From: Oscillospiraceae bacterium
GTDB lineage: Bacteria > Bacillota > Clostridia > Oscillospirales > CAG-272
DNA length: 64,000 nt
Assembly (NCBI GenBank): GCA_015065295.1
Contig: SVQN01000004.1
Coordinates: 3,047-67,046, forward strand
Reading direction: 5' to 3'
Positions within the stretch are counted from its first letter, which is position 1, and each line of letters starts with the position of its first letter. The position numbers and the translations under genes are program-made. Positions 46,359-55,014 of the stretch are shown piece by piece. The notes under the pieces were generated by a model. It was not told the DNA's origin and did no database searches. It worked only from the letters and a program-made list of their open reading frames with translations.

Positions 46359-48572
46359 ATGCCGGAATTTTTAGTCCTGTTATTGATGCAGGTTACTGTT
46401 TTTTCGTCCGTTACAGCGTTGATTCTGATCGCGGTCAAGCAGATTTTTTCCTGCCGCATCCCGCCGCTGATCGGTACGATGATGTGGGTCGTCCTCCTTG
46501 CAAGGCTGGTCTGCCCGATTTTTCCGGAAAGCAGCATTTCCGTCTACAACTATATCCCCGTCGGGAGGGACATTATGTTCTCGCTGACCTATGACGTCGG
46601 CGAACAATTCGAGGAACGGGAAGCGATTTCCGCGGACAGGGAAAATCCCTACGTTCTCCGTGCGGAGGAAGCCGCTGTTGTTTCCGCAGGGGGAACCGGA
46701 ACCATGGAAGAAGCGGTTACGGCAGAGGAAAGTCATCCGGTACCGGAGAATACAAGCGTTCTGGACTGGTGTCTGACGGAGGAAGCGGCCGATTGTCTGA
46801 TCCTTGCGGTATACCTTCTCGGGATCGCCGGAACGTTGACCGGGCATCTCACGGTATATTTCCGTGCCAAGCGGAGAGCACTTCTTTTTTCGTTCCCCTG
46901 TGAGGACGAGGGACTGTATGCCGTCTACCGGGCGACTGCCGCGTCGTTGGGAATCCCGGAAAAACGTCTGCCCGAACTGCGGATGGGGACATCCTCCATG
47001 GTGGTCGGCATCGGCGGCGGACGTTCGTGCATCCTCTGCCGCGAGGAAATCGACAAGCGCGAAGCGGGGATGATGTTTGCCCATGAACTGATCCACTACA
47101 AGCATCATGACAACGCTCTGCTCCTCTTTGCGACCGTGATCGCGTGTTTTTACTGGTACAATCCGCTGATCTGGCTGGTCCGCGCGATGCTGCGGGAGGA
47201 TATTGAAGTCCTCTGCGACTCCCGTACCCTGACGGAATGCGGGATCGTCAGCACCGATTACGCGATGATGCTCTGCCGGAATTCGGCGTTCGGCGAACTG
47301 GTTTCCGCTGCCGGATGTCAGATGTCGGCGAGCGGACGGCATCTCAAAAACCGTCTCCGCACAATTTCCCGGCGAAGCCGGAGCCGCAGAAGCCGTAACT
47401 GGTTATCGCGGGCCGGATCGCTTCTGCTCTGTACGGTCATCATGATGCTGTGTCTGACCAATCCCATCGTATCGCAGAGCAGCGAATACTCGGTTTATAT
47501 CGAAAATTATGCCTCCCTGACCGGGGAAGACAAGCGTGCCATGCATTTTCAGAACGGCGTGACCGTTTCGATCTATCTGGAACAGATCGGCAATCTCCTT
47601 GCGGAGAAGACCGATACGGATATCTGGTCGCGGATCGGGGGGAATCTGGAAACGTTCAAGCGTCTCTGCGCGTCCAATGACGAACTTTCGCCGGAGATCA
47701 ACCGGGAAGTTCAGAAAATGAAAACGGACGAACTTCTGACCTCCAAAAGCTGTGCAATCCTGTCCGAAGGCGTGATTACCCTGCTGTCCTCGGAACGGGA
47801 AGTGAGCGCGGAGGAATTTCCGCTTCTGCCCGACGTGATTTCGGTGACGGATATGGATCGTCTTCTCGTGAATCTGACGGAGAGTGAAGAAAACGCCGTA
47901 TTGTCGTGCTATAACCGCGGCGTTCGCGGGGCAGACGTACAGTTCGAGAGGATTTACACCAGCGCGATGATGGAACTGATCCTGTCGCGTATCAACGACG
48001 AATGGGTGAAGCTGAAACTCAGCGGATTTTATCAGAAAATCGAAAGCGAACGTCCGGCGTCGTATGCGCTGAGTACAGCTCTGCTGGATATGCTGAACAA
48101 AGCGGGGGCGGACGAGGATGTCTACGTCCTTGACCCGAGCACCACCGAAGCGGAAGAAAACGTCCTGCGGGAGCTTCTGCGGACAGCGTCTGCCGGAGAA
48201 GACGAGGAAGTCTACTACCGCAAGAGTGCGGAGGACGGATGCGACTGGAAAACGGCGGCGTTCCTGTTCTACCGCGCGGGTTACACCCACGAAGAAATGC
48301 TCCGGAATTATGCGGAAATCGGCGACAACTACACGGAGATTGCCATGAATGCGGTGGCGTATCCGGTTGTGCGTGACGCGAATGCGGTCATGCTGACGGG
48401 GACAGCCACGGAATCCGCCGGAGATGCGATGCGGCACATCTATTCGCTCGGGATTCTCGACGCGGAAGACGGCGTTCTCGATACGGGTCACCGGCTGACG
48501 CGCGGCGAAAGTCTGGAAGCGGCGTACCGGCTGGTGTATTCGGCAGTGGAGCTTGATGTGGATGTGAACTGA
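46359..48572 (+). CDS. BlaR1-like M56 peptidase signal transducer with non-PBP extracellular domain
   Basis: 737 aa with N-terminal TM helices and an HExxH site (HELIHYKHHD). I could not find an SxxK penicillin-binding motif context in the ~370-aa C-terminal part. The last ~40 aa look SLH-like (GILDAEDGVLDTGHRLTRGESLEAAYRL). Confidence 0.8.
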   Translation: MPEFLVLLLMQVTVFSSVTALILIAVKQIFSCRIPPLIGTMMWVVLLARLVCPIFPESSISVYNYIPVGRDIMFSLTYDVGEQFEEREAISADRENPYVLRAEEAAVVSAGGTGTMEEAVTAEESHPVPENTSVLDWCLTEEAADCLILAVYLLGIAGTLTGHLTVYFRAKRRALLFSFPCEDEGLYAVYRATAASLGIPEKRLPELRMGTSSMVVGIGGGRSCILCREEIDKREAGMMFAHELIHYKHHDNALLLFATVIACFYWYNPLIWLVRAMLREDIEVLCDSRTLTECGIVSTDYAMMLCRNSAFGELVSAAGCQMSASGRHLKNRLRTISRRSRSRRSRNWLSRAGSLLLCTVIMMLCLTNPIVSQSSEYSVYIENYASLTGEDKRAMHFQNGVTVSIYLEQIGNLLAEKTDTDIWSRIGGNLETFKRLCASNDELSPEINREVQKMKTDELLTSKSCAILSEGVITLLSSEREVSAEEFPLLPDVISVTDMDRLLVNLTESEENAVLSCYNRGVRGADVQFERIYTSAMMELILSRINDEWVKLKLSGFYQKIESERPASYALSTALLDMLNKAGADEDVYVLDPSTTEAEENVLRELLRTASAGEDEEVYYRKSAEDGCDWKTAAFLFYRAGYTHEEMLRNYAEIGDNYTEIAMNAVAYPVVRDANAVMLTGTATESAGDAMRHIYSLGILDAEDGVLDTGHRLTRGESLEAAYRLVYSAVELDVDVN

Positions 48573-48581
48573 AGAAACAAC

Positions 48582-48613
48582 AAAAGCACGTTCCCGTGAG
48601 GGGCGTGCTTTTT
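48582..48613. terminator. Bidirectional terminator between the blaR1-like and lipoprotein genes
   Basis: AAAAGCACG-loop-CGTGCTTTTT. Confidence 0.7.
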
Positions 48614-48621
48614 GCATGGGA

Positions 48622-49050
48622 TTATTCGCGGATTTGGTAGAGGTAATAGGTGTCCTTGTTTTTGGTGTACACTGCGATGGCATTTTCGTTGTTGGTTACG
48701 GCGTAGAAGGGAGTGCCGACAGAGCAGTACGGCGAGGCGTTATCGGGGACAGTGTATTCTTCAAAATTCCGGATTTCGGAAGGAACGGAATTTTCAATAT
48801 AACCGAGTAACTTTCCGACATTTTCGAGCGGAACGGTTGTTTCACCCCAGTCGCCTTCGTAAGTTTGACCGTTGTATTTGACAAAATCAATCCATTCCAC
48901 CATGGCGAGCTGTCCTTCTTCCGGTTCCGGTTCTTCCGTGATGGTTTCCACAATCGGCGGGGATGCTGTTTCGGCAGTTTCGTCCGCAGTATGAGTGCAG
49001 GCGAGCAGGCAAAGGATGATACCGAGAACGATCAGCAGCAGTTTTATCAT
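48622..49050 (-). CDS. hypothetical lipoprotein
   Basis: 142 aa from ATG 49050 (GGAGG RBS). Lipobox CLLAC followed by an acidic Pro/Glu linker. Confidence 0.65.
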   Translation of the reverse strand: MIKLLLIVLGIILCLLACTHTADETAETASPPIVETITEEPEPEEGQLAMVEWIDFVKYNGQTYEGDWGETTVPLENVGKLLGYIENSVPSEIRNFEEYTVPDNASPYCSVGTPFYAVTNNENAIAVYTKNKDTYYLYQIRE

Positions 49051-49220
49051 GAGAATACCTCCGTTCGTCAAATTTTGTCAAAAAATTCATTTACCTATTA
49101 GACGTACGGACATCGCAGTTTGTTCCATGATTTCCGGAAAAAATTACACAAATTTTCAGACTATAGTTTGTTGAAAATGATCGCCCAATAATTGCTTTTA
49201 TATTATTTACAAAATACTGA

Positions 49221-49236
49221 TAATGTGTTATCATTA
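49221..49236. promoter_or_regulatory. Candidate LysR-type dyad
   Basis: TAATG-TGTTAT-CATTA, 35 nt upstream of the LysR start. Confidence 0.3.
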
Positions 49237-49270
49237 ATCATAAACTACACGGGATATCCGGGAGGGCTTT

Positions 49271-50182
49271 ATGACGATCCAACAGTGCAAATATATCCTT
49301 GCCATCGCACGTCTCGGCTCGATGAACGAAGCGGCCAAGGCTCTTTTAGTGTCGCAGGCGAGTCTTTCGACGGCGGTGCGGGAACTGGAGAACGAATTCG
49401 GCATCCACATTTTCGACCGCTCCAACAAGGGCGTACGCATCACGCGCGAAGGCTCGGAGTTCATCCGGTACGCGCGGCAGCTTCTGGCACAGTACGAAAT
49501 CATCACCGACCGCTACGAACGCGACGACAAAAAGACCGTCCGCAATTTTGCCGTCACGTCCCAGCATTACGACTTTGTCGCGGAAGCGTTCGTCCGCTTT
49601 ATGAAAAAATTCAGTTCAGACTATCATCTTTCCCTCAAGGAAGCGCGCACCATCGAGGTTATCGAGGATGTGAAGAATCTCAATTCCGACATCGGTATTC
49701 TCGCCTACCTGAAAGCACCGGCAGGCGGGTATATGGAACGGTACCTCAAGCGGAACGGTCTGGAATTCCGGCAATTGTTCGAAACCTGTCCGCACGTTTT
49801 CATGGGGCGGCACAATCCGCTTGCCTCCCGGGAAAAGCTGACCCGCGAAGACCTGACGGAGTACCCGTACATCACCTACGATCAGGGGGAAGCGGGACCG
49901 GTGGAATTCTCCGAAGAACTCTCCGAATACAGCCAGTCGAAGAAGCACATCCGCATCAACGACCGCGCGACGCTCATGAATCTGCTCCTCAGCACAGACA
50001 GCTACACTCTCGGTACGGGGGTCATGACCTCCGACCTCAACAACAGCGGCAGCGTGATCGCCATTCCGCTCCTTTCCAGCGACATCTACACGGTCGGCAT
50101 CATCAACCGCGCGGATGTCGGACTCAGCGAAGACGCGGAGCGGTTCATCAAGATTCTGTACGAAACGGTCGGGAACCGGTGA
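49271..50182 (+). CDS. LysR-family transcriptional regulator
   Basis: 303 aa with N-terminal HTH MTIQQCKYILAIARLGSMNEAAKALLVSQASLSTAVRELE. Confidence 0.9.
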   Translation: MTIQQCKYILAIARLGSMNEAAKALLVSQASLSTAVRELENEFGIHIFDRSNKGVRITREGSEFIRYARQLLAQYEIITDRYERDDKKTVRNFAVTSQHYDFVAEAFVRFMKKFSSDYHLSLKEARTIEVIEDVKNLNSDIGILAYLKAPAGGYMERYLKRNGLEFRQLFETCPHVFMGRHNPLASREKLTREDLTEYPYITYDQGEAGPVEFSEELSEYSQSKKHIRINDRATLMNLLLSTDSYTLGTGVMTSDLNNSGSVIAIPLLSSDIYTVGIINRADVGLSEDAERFIKILYETVGNR

Positions 50183-50226
50183 ACGAACGATTTTATTATT
50201 TTAAATAAATGAAAAGGAGAACCATC

Positions 50227-51717
50227 ATGAAGACGAAACGAACCCTCGCATGGATTCTTGCCCTTTTGATGCTTGCTTCCTCGCTGGCGGCGTGCAGTGC
50301 TCCCGAAGAAGCGTCGGCAGAGGAAACCGGCGCACCGTCGGCAGAAGCGGAAACGGTTCCGGAAGAGGCGGAAACCGAAGACGTGGACAGCCGTGCGTCG
50401 CTGTCGGACAATCTTCCGGAAGGACTGGATTACGAAGGCTACGAATTCCGGATCTTCACTTACTCGCCGACCGCGTATGAAGTGGAGGAACTGACCGGCG
50501 ACGTGGTCGAGGACTCCAAGTACGCGCGGAATCTGGACATTCAGGAACGATTCAACGCGGTCATCAAAGCGATCGCAACGCCCGGGATCGCGGAGCTGGA
50601 TGCCGGTCTGAAGGCGAGCGTCATGGCGGGCGACCATGCGTATGACATTGCCATCCCGCACCAGATTCAGAGCGGCCCCGGCTTCATCAACGGAGATGTC
50701 ATCCGTCCGTGGAACGACGTACCTTACATTGACGCGACCCGTCCGTGGTGGAACCAGACGATCAACGAAACCATCCGGATTCTCGACCAGCAGTATTACA
50801 TAGCGGGCTATATCACCATGCCGACGCCCTTCTGTATGTATGCGAACAAGGGTCTTCTGGCGGATTACGGCTACGAGGACATCTACGGCATCGTAAAGGA
50901 AGGCACATGGACGCTTGACAAGCTGGCGGAAATCACGTCGAAGGCATACGTTGACCTTGACGGCGGTGGTACGGTCGATACGACTGACCAGTACGGCATC
51001 AGCTTCAACAATGACAACACGACGCTGAACTTCATGTACTCGTCCGGAATGTACTCGGTTATCATCGACGAAACGACGGGTATGCCGGTTCCGAATGTAT
51101 TCAACGACAAGATGATCTCGCTCATCGACAAGATGTACAATCTGATCTACGAAGGAAACCAGACGCTGTTCACGACGTACAACACGCAGAAGGAACAGGG
51201 CATCGGCGGCTTCCACGAAGGACGGATTCTGTTCCTCTGCGGCGGTGTCGGCGACCTTGCAACGCACCGTGACGCGGACATCGACCTCGGCGTTATCCCC
51301 TATCCGAAGTGGGACGAAGCGCAGGACACCTACCACACGCACGTTGACGCATGGAACGGTATGCTCTGCATTCCGAAGACCGCGCAGGACAGCGACCTCG
51401 AGCGCACCGGCGTGATCGTCGAAGCGATGGCGGCCTACACCTACAAGTTCGTCATCCCGGACTACTACGACGTTGCTCTCGGCACAAAGTACGTCCGCGA
51501 CGAACAGTCCCGCGAAATGCTCGACCTCATCTTCGACGGTGTCGTCTACGACTTCGGCTACATCTTCGACTCCTGGAACGGCTGCACCTGGACGCTCCCG
51601 AACCTCATGACCCAGAAAAAGACCGACCTCGCCTCCTACTGGAAGGGCATCGAAAAGAAAGTCAACAAGTTCTACGAAAAGCTCTACAAGTCCGTTGAGG
51701 AAAACGCGAACGGCTGA
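50227..51717 (+). CDS. extracellular solute-binding lipoprotein (SBP paralog 5)
   Basis: Start at ATG 50227 (MKTKRTL; GGAG 9 nt upstream). Lipobox LAAC, DLDGGGTVDTTDQYG loop. Confidence 0.85.
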   Translation: MKTKRTLAWILALLMLASSLAACSAPEEASAEETGAPSAEAETVPEEAETEDVDSRASLSDNLPEGLDYEGYEFRIFTYSPTAYEVEELTGDVVEDSKYARNLDIQERFNAVIKAIATPGIAELDAGLKASVMAGDHAYDIAIPHQIQSGPGFINGDVIRPWNDVPYIDATRPWWNQTINETIRILDQQYYIAGYITMPTPFCMYANKGLLADYGYEDIYGIVKEGTWTLDKLAEITSKAYVDLDGGGTVDTTDQYGISFNNDNTTLNFMYSSGMYSVIIDETTGMPVPNVFNDKMISLIDKMYNLIYEGNQTLFTTYNTQKEQGIGGFHEGRILFLCGGVGDLATHRDADIDLGVIPYPKWDEAQDTYHTHVDAWNGMLCIPKTAQDSDLERTGVIVEAMAAYTYKFVIPDYYDVALGTKYVRDEQSREMLDLIFDGVVYDFGYIFDSWNGCTWTLPNLMTQKKTDLASYWKGIEKKVNKFYEKLYKSVEENANG

Positions 51718-51742
51718 TTGGTTTACAGGGGGATGTTTTCTT

Positions 51743-51795
51743 GGGGAAACCTTTTTGAGGAAAAGGTTTCCCCAAACCCCTTCCAAAACCTTTTT
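51743..51795 (+). repeat. Rep-1 copy G
   Basis: GGGGAAACCTTTTTGAGGAAAAGGTTTCCCC-AAA-CCCCTTCCAAAACCTTTTT. Follows the SBP5 stop. Confidence 0.9.
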
Positions 51796-51831
51796 AGACT
51801 GCGGTTGCCATTTGGTTACTGCAGATTTTTT

Positions 51832-52208
51832 CTTTTTGGGGGTAAAGAGATAAGGCGCCTTTGTGCAGCTGACAGCGGGGGCTGTCTCCAATGCATACGA
51901 ATATGGTGAAGCGAGCTCGCAGGGGCCACCGAGACCCTGCTCGCCGTAGCCGTGGAGTATGTTTTGAAATCTTGAAAGGGTTTTGAATTCAGCTACATGG
52001 TTAGTCTGACATATAGGAAACCTGTATGGCGAGTCTAAATCGAAGGTTTCCTTCACGGCGAGGGAAGTCAGGGTGGCAAGGCGTGAGCCTTGTCGCGGCC
52101 CCTGACTTCCCCAGAACGATTTTGAAAGAGTTTCAAACCAACGAAATGTCAGCGGATTGGGATATCCAAAATGGCTACGCACAGACCCAAGAAAATCCCT
52201 TATAAAAC
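51832..52208. ncRNA. Candidate structured non-coding cargo between inverted Rep-1 copies G and H (function unknown)
   Basis: No convincing ORF. It holds at least 6 local hairpins, for example the 12-bp stem GGGAAGTCAGGG (52062-52073) / CCCTGACTTCCC (52100-52111) enclosing CAAGGC-GTGA-GCCTTG. A long-range 8-bp pairing joins 51940-51947 with 52055-52062. The transcribed strand is unknown. Confidence 0.3.
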
Positions 52209-52245
52209 AAAAAATCTGCACAGTACCAAATCACTGTAGCAGACC

Positions 52246-52298
52246 AAAAAGGTTTTGGAAGGGGTTTGGGGGAACCTTTTCCTCAAAAAGGTTCCCCC
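52246..52298 (-). repeat. Rep-1 copy H (inverted partner of G)
   Basis: AAAAAGGTTTTGGAAGGGGTTTGGGGGAACCTTTTCCTCAAAAAGGTTCCCCC. Follows the Zn-ADH stop on the minus strand. Confidence 0.9.
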
Positions 52299-52326
52299 AA
52301 CGTATCCCCCGAACGAAAAATCAATG

Positions 52327-53610
52327 TTACGCTTCAACGCCAGCGTATTCGAGCAGACGCTTTTCGGCTGCGGCGCACCAGAGGTTGCCGGCTGCCTTGC
52401 AGAGAACGTCGAGATCCGCGTAGAGAGCACCGAGAGCGGTACCGGCGTTTTCTTCCGCAGCCTTGCCGAAGTCTTCGACAGCGGTGAGCGGGAGATCGAC
52501 GTGGGTGTAGATGAGCTTCTTGGCACCCTTGATCTTGGTGAGGTTGAGGGTGGTGTCCGCGCAGGCGTTCAGACCGCCGATGTGGGTAATCATGCCCGCC
52601 GGATTAATCAGCTTCTTTTCCATGAGGGCGATGGATTCCTTCATGTCGTCTGTGTTGCCGCCGGAGGTGCCGACGATGTGGGTTGCACCGTAGTGAACGT
52701 TGTAGAAGTTGAACATTGCGGAGAACGCGGTGTTGGTCGGGCCTGCGAAGAAGTTCAGACAGCCGTCACGCGCGAGGAGAGCATCGCCCATTTCAACAAC
52801 GGACTGAACCGGCGCGTAGACGAATACGTCGTTGAAGCCTTCGCCGTCCGTGAAGGAACGGAGGTATTCGGTGGGATTTTCAATCGTCGCGGTGTTGATG
52901 TAGTGCAGCTCAACGCCGTACTTTGCTGCTTCTTCCACGGTGAGCAGTTCTGCTGCGCGTGCCAGTCTCGCGTCGTCAATGTCCGTTACGATCAGGAGCT
53001 TCGGAGCGCGTCCGCCGTGAACCGCGTAGTCCGCACAGCCGAGACCCATCGGGCCTGCGCCTGCCAGAATCGCCATGTTGCCGCCTTCCACTACGCCCAT
53101 GTCGTGAACGTATACGCCCGGACGGGTGTGGTAGTTTGCGTGGTAGCCGCCGACGATGCAGCTCATCGGTTCCGCAAGGCTGCCGTAGAAGTATGCGTCG
53201 CCGTCATACGGGAGCAGACAGTCGCAGAGCATAACTTCTTCCGGAATGATGACATAAGTAGCTGCGCCGCCGCAGTACTTGTAGGAGTAACCGGGGGAAG
53301 CGAGAGAACCCTTGTAGTTGATCGCGGGCTGGATGACGAACTTGTCGCCTGCCTTGAACTGGTCAGCCCACTTTGCGCCGACCTTTACGATCTTGCCGCA
53401 GAATTCGTGACCGATGATAACCGGATTTTCCGCAACGTCGTCCGGAACTCTCTTGTGGTTGGAGCCCTGGGATGCTGCCTTATAGGAAGACATGCAGATA
53501 CTGTCGGAAATGACGCACGCGAGAATTTCGCCGTCGGTGATTTCCGGAAGTTCGAATTCTTCCATGCGAAGATCCATCTGACCGTACAGTCTTACAGCCT
53601 TAGTATTCAT
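52327..53610 (-). CDS. zinc-dependent medium-chain dehydrogenase/reductase (polyol/sugar-phosphate dehydrogenase-like)
   Basis: 427 aa with the GHEFCGKIVKVG zinc-ADH signature and a Rossmann GAGPMGLG motif. Confidence 0.75.
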   Translation of the reverse strand: MNTKAVRLYGQMDLRMEEFELPEITDGEILACVISDSICMSSYKAASQGSNHKRVPDDVAENPVIIGHEFCGKIVKVGAKWADQFKAGDKFVIQPAINYKGSLASPGYSYKYCGGAATYVIIPEEVMLCDCLLPYDGDAYFYGSLAEPMSCIVGGYHANYHTRPGVYVHDMGVVEGGNMAILAGAGPMGLGCADYAVHGGRAPKLLIVTDIDDARLARAAELLTVEEAAKYGVELHYINTATIENPTEYLRSFTDGEGFNDVFVYAPVQSVVEMGDALLARDGCLNFFAGPTNTAFSAMFNFYNVHYGATHIVGTSGGNTDDMKESIALMEKKLINPAGMITHIGGLNACADTTLNLTKIKGAKKLIYTHVDLPLTAVEDFGKAAEENAGTALGALYADLDVLCKAAGNLWCAAAEKRLLEYAGVEA

Positions 53611-53650
53611 GAGATTTCTCCTTTGGTTTGAAGATTCAAATTACAGATTT

Positions 53651-53679
53651 ATTATAACACGTTTTATAATTTCCGTCAA
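53651..53679 (-). promoter_or_regulatory. Putative Zn-ADH promoter
   Basis: Minus strand: TTGACG-17 nt-TATAAT. Confidence 0.55.
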
Positions 53680-53734
53680 TCCGGAAAATTCAACAAGATT
53701 CCACTTTGGAAATGTTGGATGTTATGAAACTATC

Positions 53735-53778
53735 AAAAATGTGAAGTGTGTTAAATTTAAAACATACTTCACATTTTT
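53735..53778. terminator. Bidirectional AT-rich terminator between trpS and the Zn-ADH promoter
   Basis: AAAAATGTGAAGT...ACTTCACATTTTT. Confidence 0.7.
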
Positions 53779-53911
53779 CAATTACAAATAATTTTGTCTC
53801 CACATCCCACTGTGCCGAGGTAACGAGGTCGCGTACGATTTTCTTGGAATTTGTATTCCAGAATTTGATGCACCGGAATTGCAGAAACTATATTTGTCTC
53901 ATTCCCTTCCC

Positions 53912-53961
53912 AAAAAGGTTTGGAAGGGGTTTGGGGGAACCTTTCCTTAAAAGGTTCCCCC
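53912..53961 (-). repeat. Rep-1 copy I
   Basis: AAAAAGGTTTGGAAGGGGTTTGGGGGAACCTTTCCTTAAAAGGTTCCCCC. Lies 8 nt after the trpS stop on the minus strand. Confidence 0.9.
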
Positions 53962-53969
53962 AAGAAAAA

Positions 53970-54977
53970 TTACCGTCTCTTCGGTTCGATGAAACCGATC
54001 TTGCGTCTTACCTTGGACATGGTGCGCGCGGCGTCGCGGCCTGCGGCTTCGGCACCCTTGGCCATGACGTCTTCGAGGTAGGCCTTGTCTGCGGAGAGAC
54101 GGGCGAATTCCGCCTGAACGGGAGCGAGCGCGTCCGCGCAGGTTTCGCCGACCGCGAGCTTGAAGTCGCCGTAGCCCTTGCCTTCGAATTCGGCTTCGAT
54201 TTCGTCTTCCGTCTTGCCGGTGAACGCACCGTAGATGGACATCAGGTTCATGATGCCGTCCTTGCCTTCGCCGCGGCGGATCTCACAGCCGGAGTCGGTT
54301 ACGGCGCGCTTGAATTTGCGGATGATGGCGTCCTTCGGGTCGAGAATGCGGACAACCGCGTTTTCGTTTTCGTCGGACTTGGACATCTTCTTCGTCGGTT
54401 CCGCGAGAGACATGATCTTCGCCGTGGTCGGGGGAATGTACGGTTCCGGAACAACGAACGTGTCGCCGTAAATCTGGTTGAAGCGGGTCGCAATGTCGCG
54501 GGTCAGCTCGAGATGCTGCTTCTGGTCAACGCCGACCGGTACCATCTCGGTCTGGTACAGCAGAATGTCCGCCGCCATCAGGGACGGGTAGGTGAACAGC
54601 CCCGCGTTGATGTTGTCGGCGTTCTTCGCGGACTTGTCCTTGAACTGGGTCATGCGGGAGAGTTCGCCGAACATGGTGTAGCAGTCGAGAATCCATCCCA
54701 GTTCCGCGTGTCCGGAAACGTGGCTCTGTACGAACAGCGTGTTCTTTTCCGGATCAAGACCGCACGCAATGTAGAGCGCGAGCGTTTCGTAGGTGCGCTT
54801 GCGGAGGTCTGCCGGAACCTGACGGACGGTGATCGCGTGTTCGTCAACTACGCAGTAGTAGCAGTGATAGGTGTCGGAGAAATCCGCAAAATTCCGGATT
54901 GCGCCGAGGTAGTTGCCGATGGTCAGCACTCCGGACGGCTGTACGCCGGAGAATACAACTTTTTTATCCTTGTACAT
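53970..54977 (-). CDS. trpS: tryptophan--tRNA ligase
   Basis: 335 aa with SGVQPSGVLTIGNYLGA (HIGH region) and KMSKS. Confidence 0.95.
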   Translation of the reverse strand: MYKDKKVVFSGVQPSGVLTIGNYLGAIRNFADFSDTYHCYYCVVDEHAITVRQVPADLRKRTYETLALYIACGLDPEKNTLFVQSHVSGHAELGWILDCYTMFGELSRMTQFKDKSAKNADNINAGLFTYPSLMAADILLYQTEMVPVGVDQKQHLELTRDIATRFNQIYGDTFVVPEPYIPPTTAKIMSLAEPTKKMSKSDENENAVVRILDPKDAIIRKFKRAVTDSGCEIRRGEGKDGIMNLMSIYGAFTGKTEDEIEAEFEGKGYGDFKLAVGETCADALAPVQAEFARLSADKAYLEDVMAKGAEAAGRDAARTMSKVRRKIGFIEPKRR

Positions 54978-55014
54978 AATATGAAAATTCCTTTGTGTTG
55001 GGATTGGTGGGAAA

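Noticed and set aside
51905-51931. Cobalamin-riboswitch-like string GGTGAAGCGAGCTCGCAGGGGCCACCG (GGTGAA ... GCCAC B12-box resemblance).
   Set aside because: It lacks the upstream AGGGAA element and the CCC/GGG pairing partners. The B12 box is imperfect (GCCACCG). No downstream gene could be regulated, because both flanking genes converge on the region.
52060-52073. RNase P-like GAGGGAAGTCAGGG (compare GAGGAAAGUCCGGG of the P4 region).
   Set aside because: No other universally conserved RNase P blocks are present (such as the ACAGAA...CUUA region or a P4 3' strand). The resemblance is a single short purine-rich run.
52026-52205. A 59-aa ORF (MASLNRRFPSRRGKSGWQGV...) inside the Rep-1 G/H cargo, with a weak AGGAAA upstream.
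   Set aside because: Its codon usage is unlike the window (many A/T-ending and rare Arg/Leu codons). The frame runs straight through the strongest hairpins and has no recognisable motif. It is more likely non-coding.
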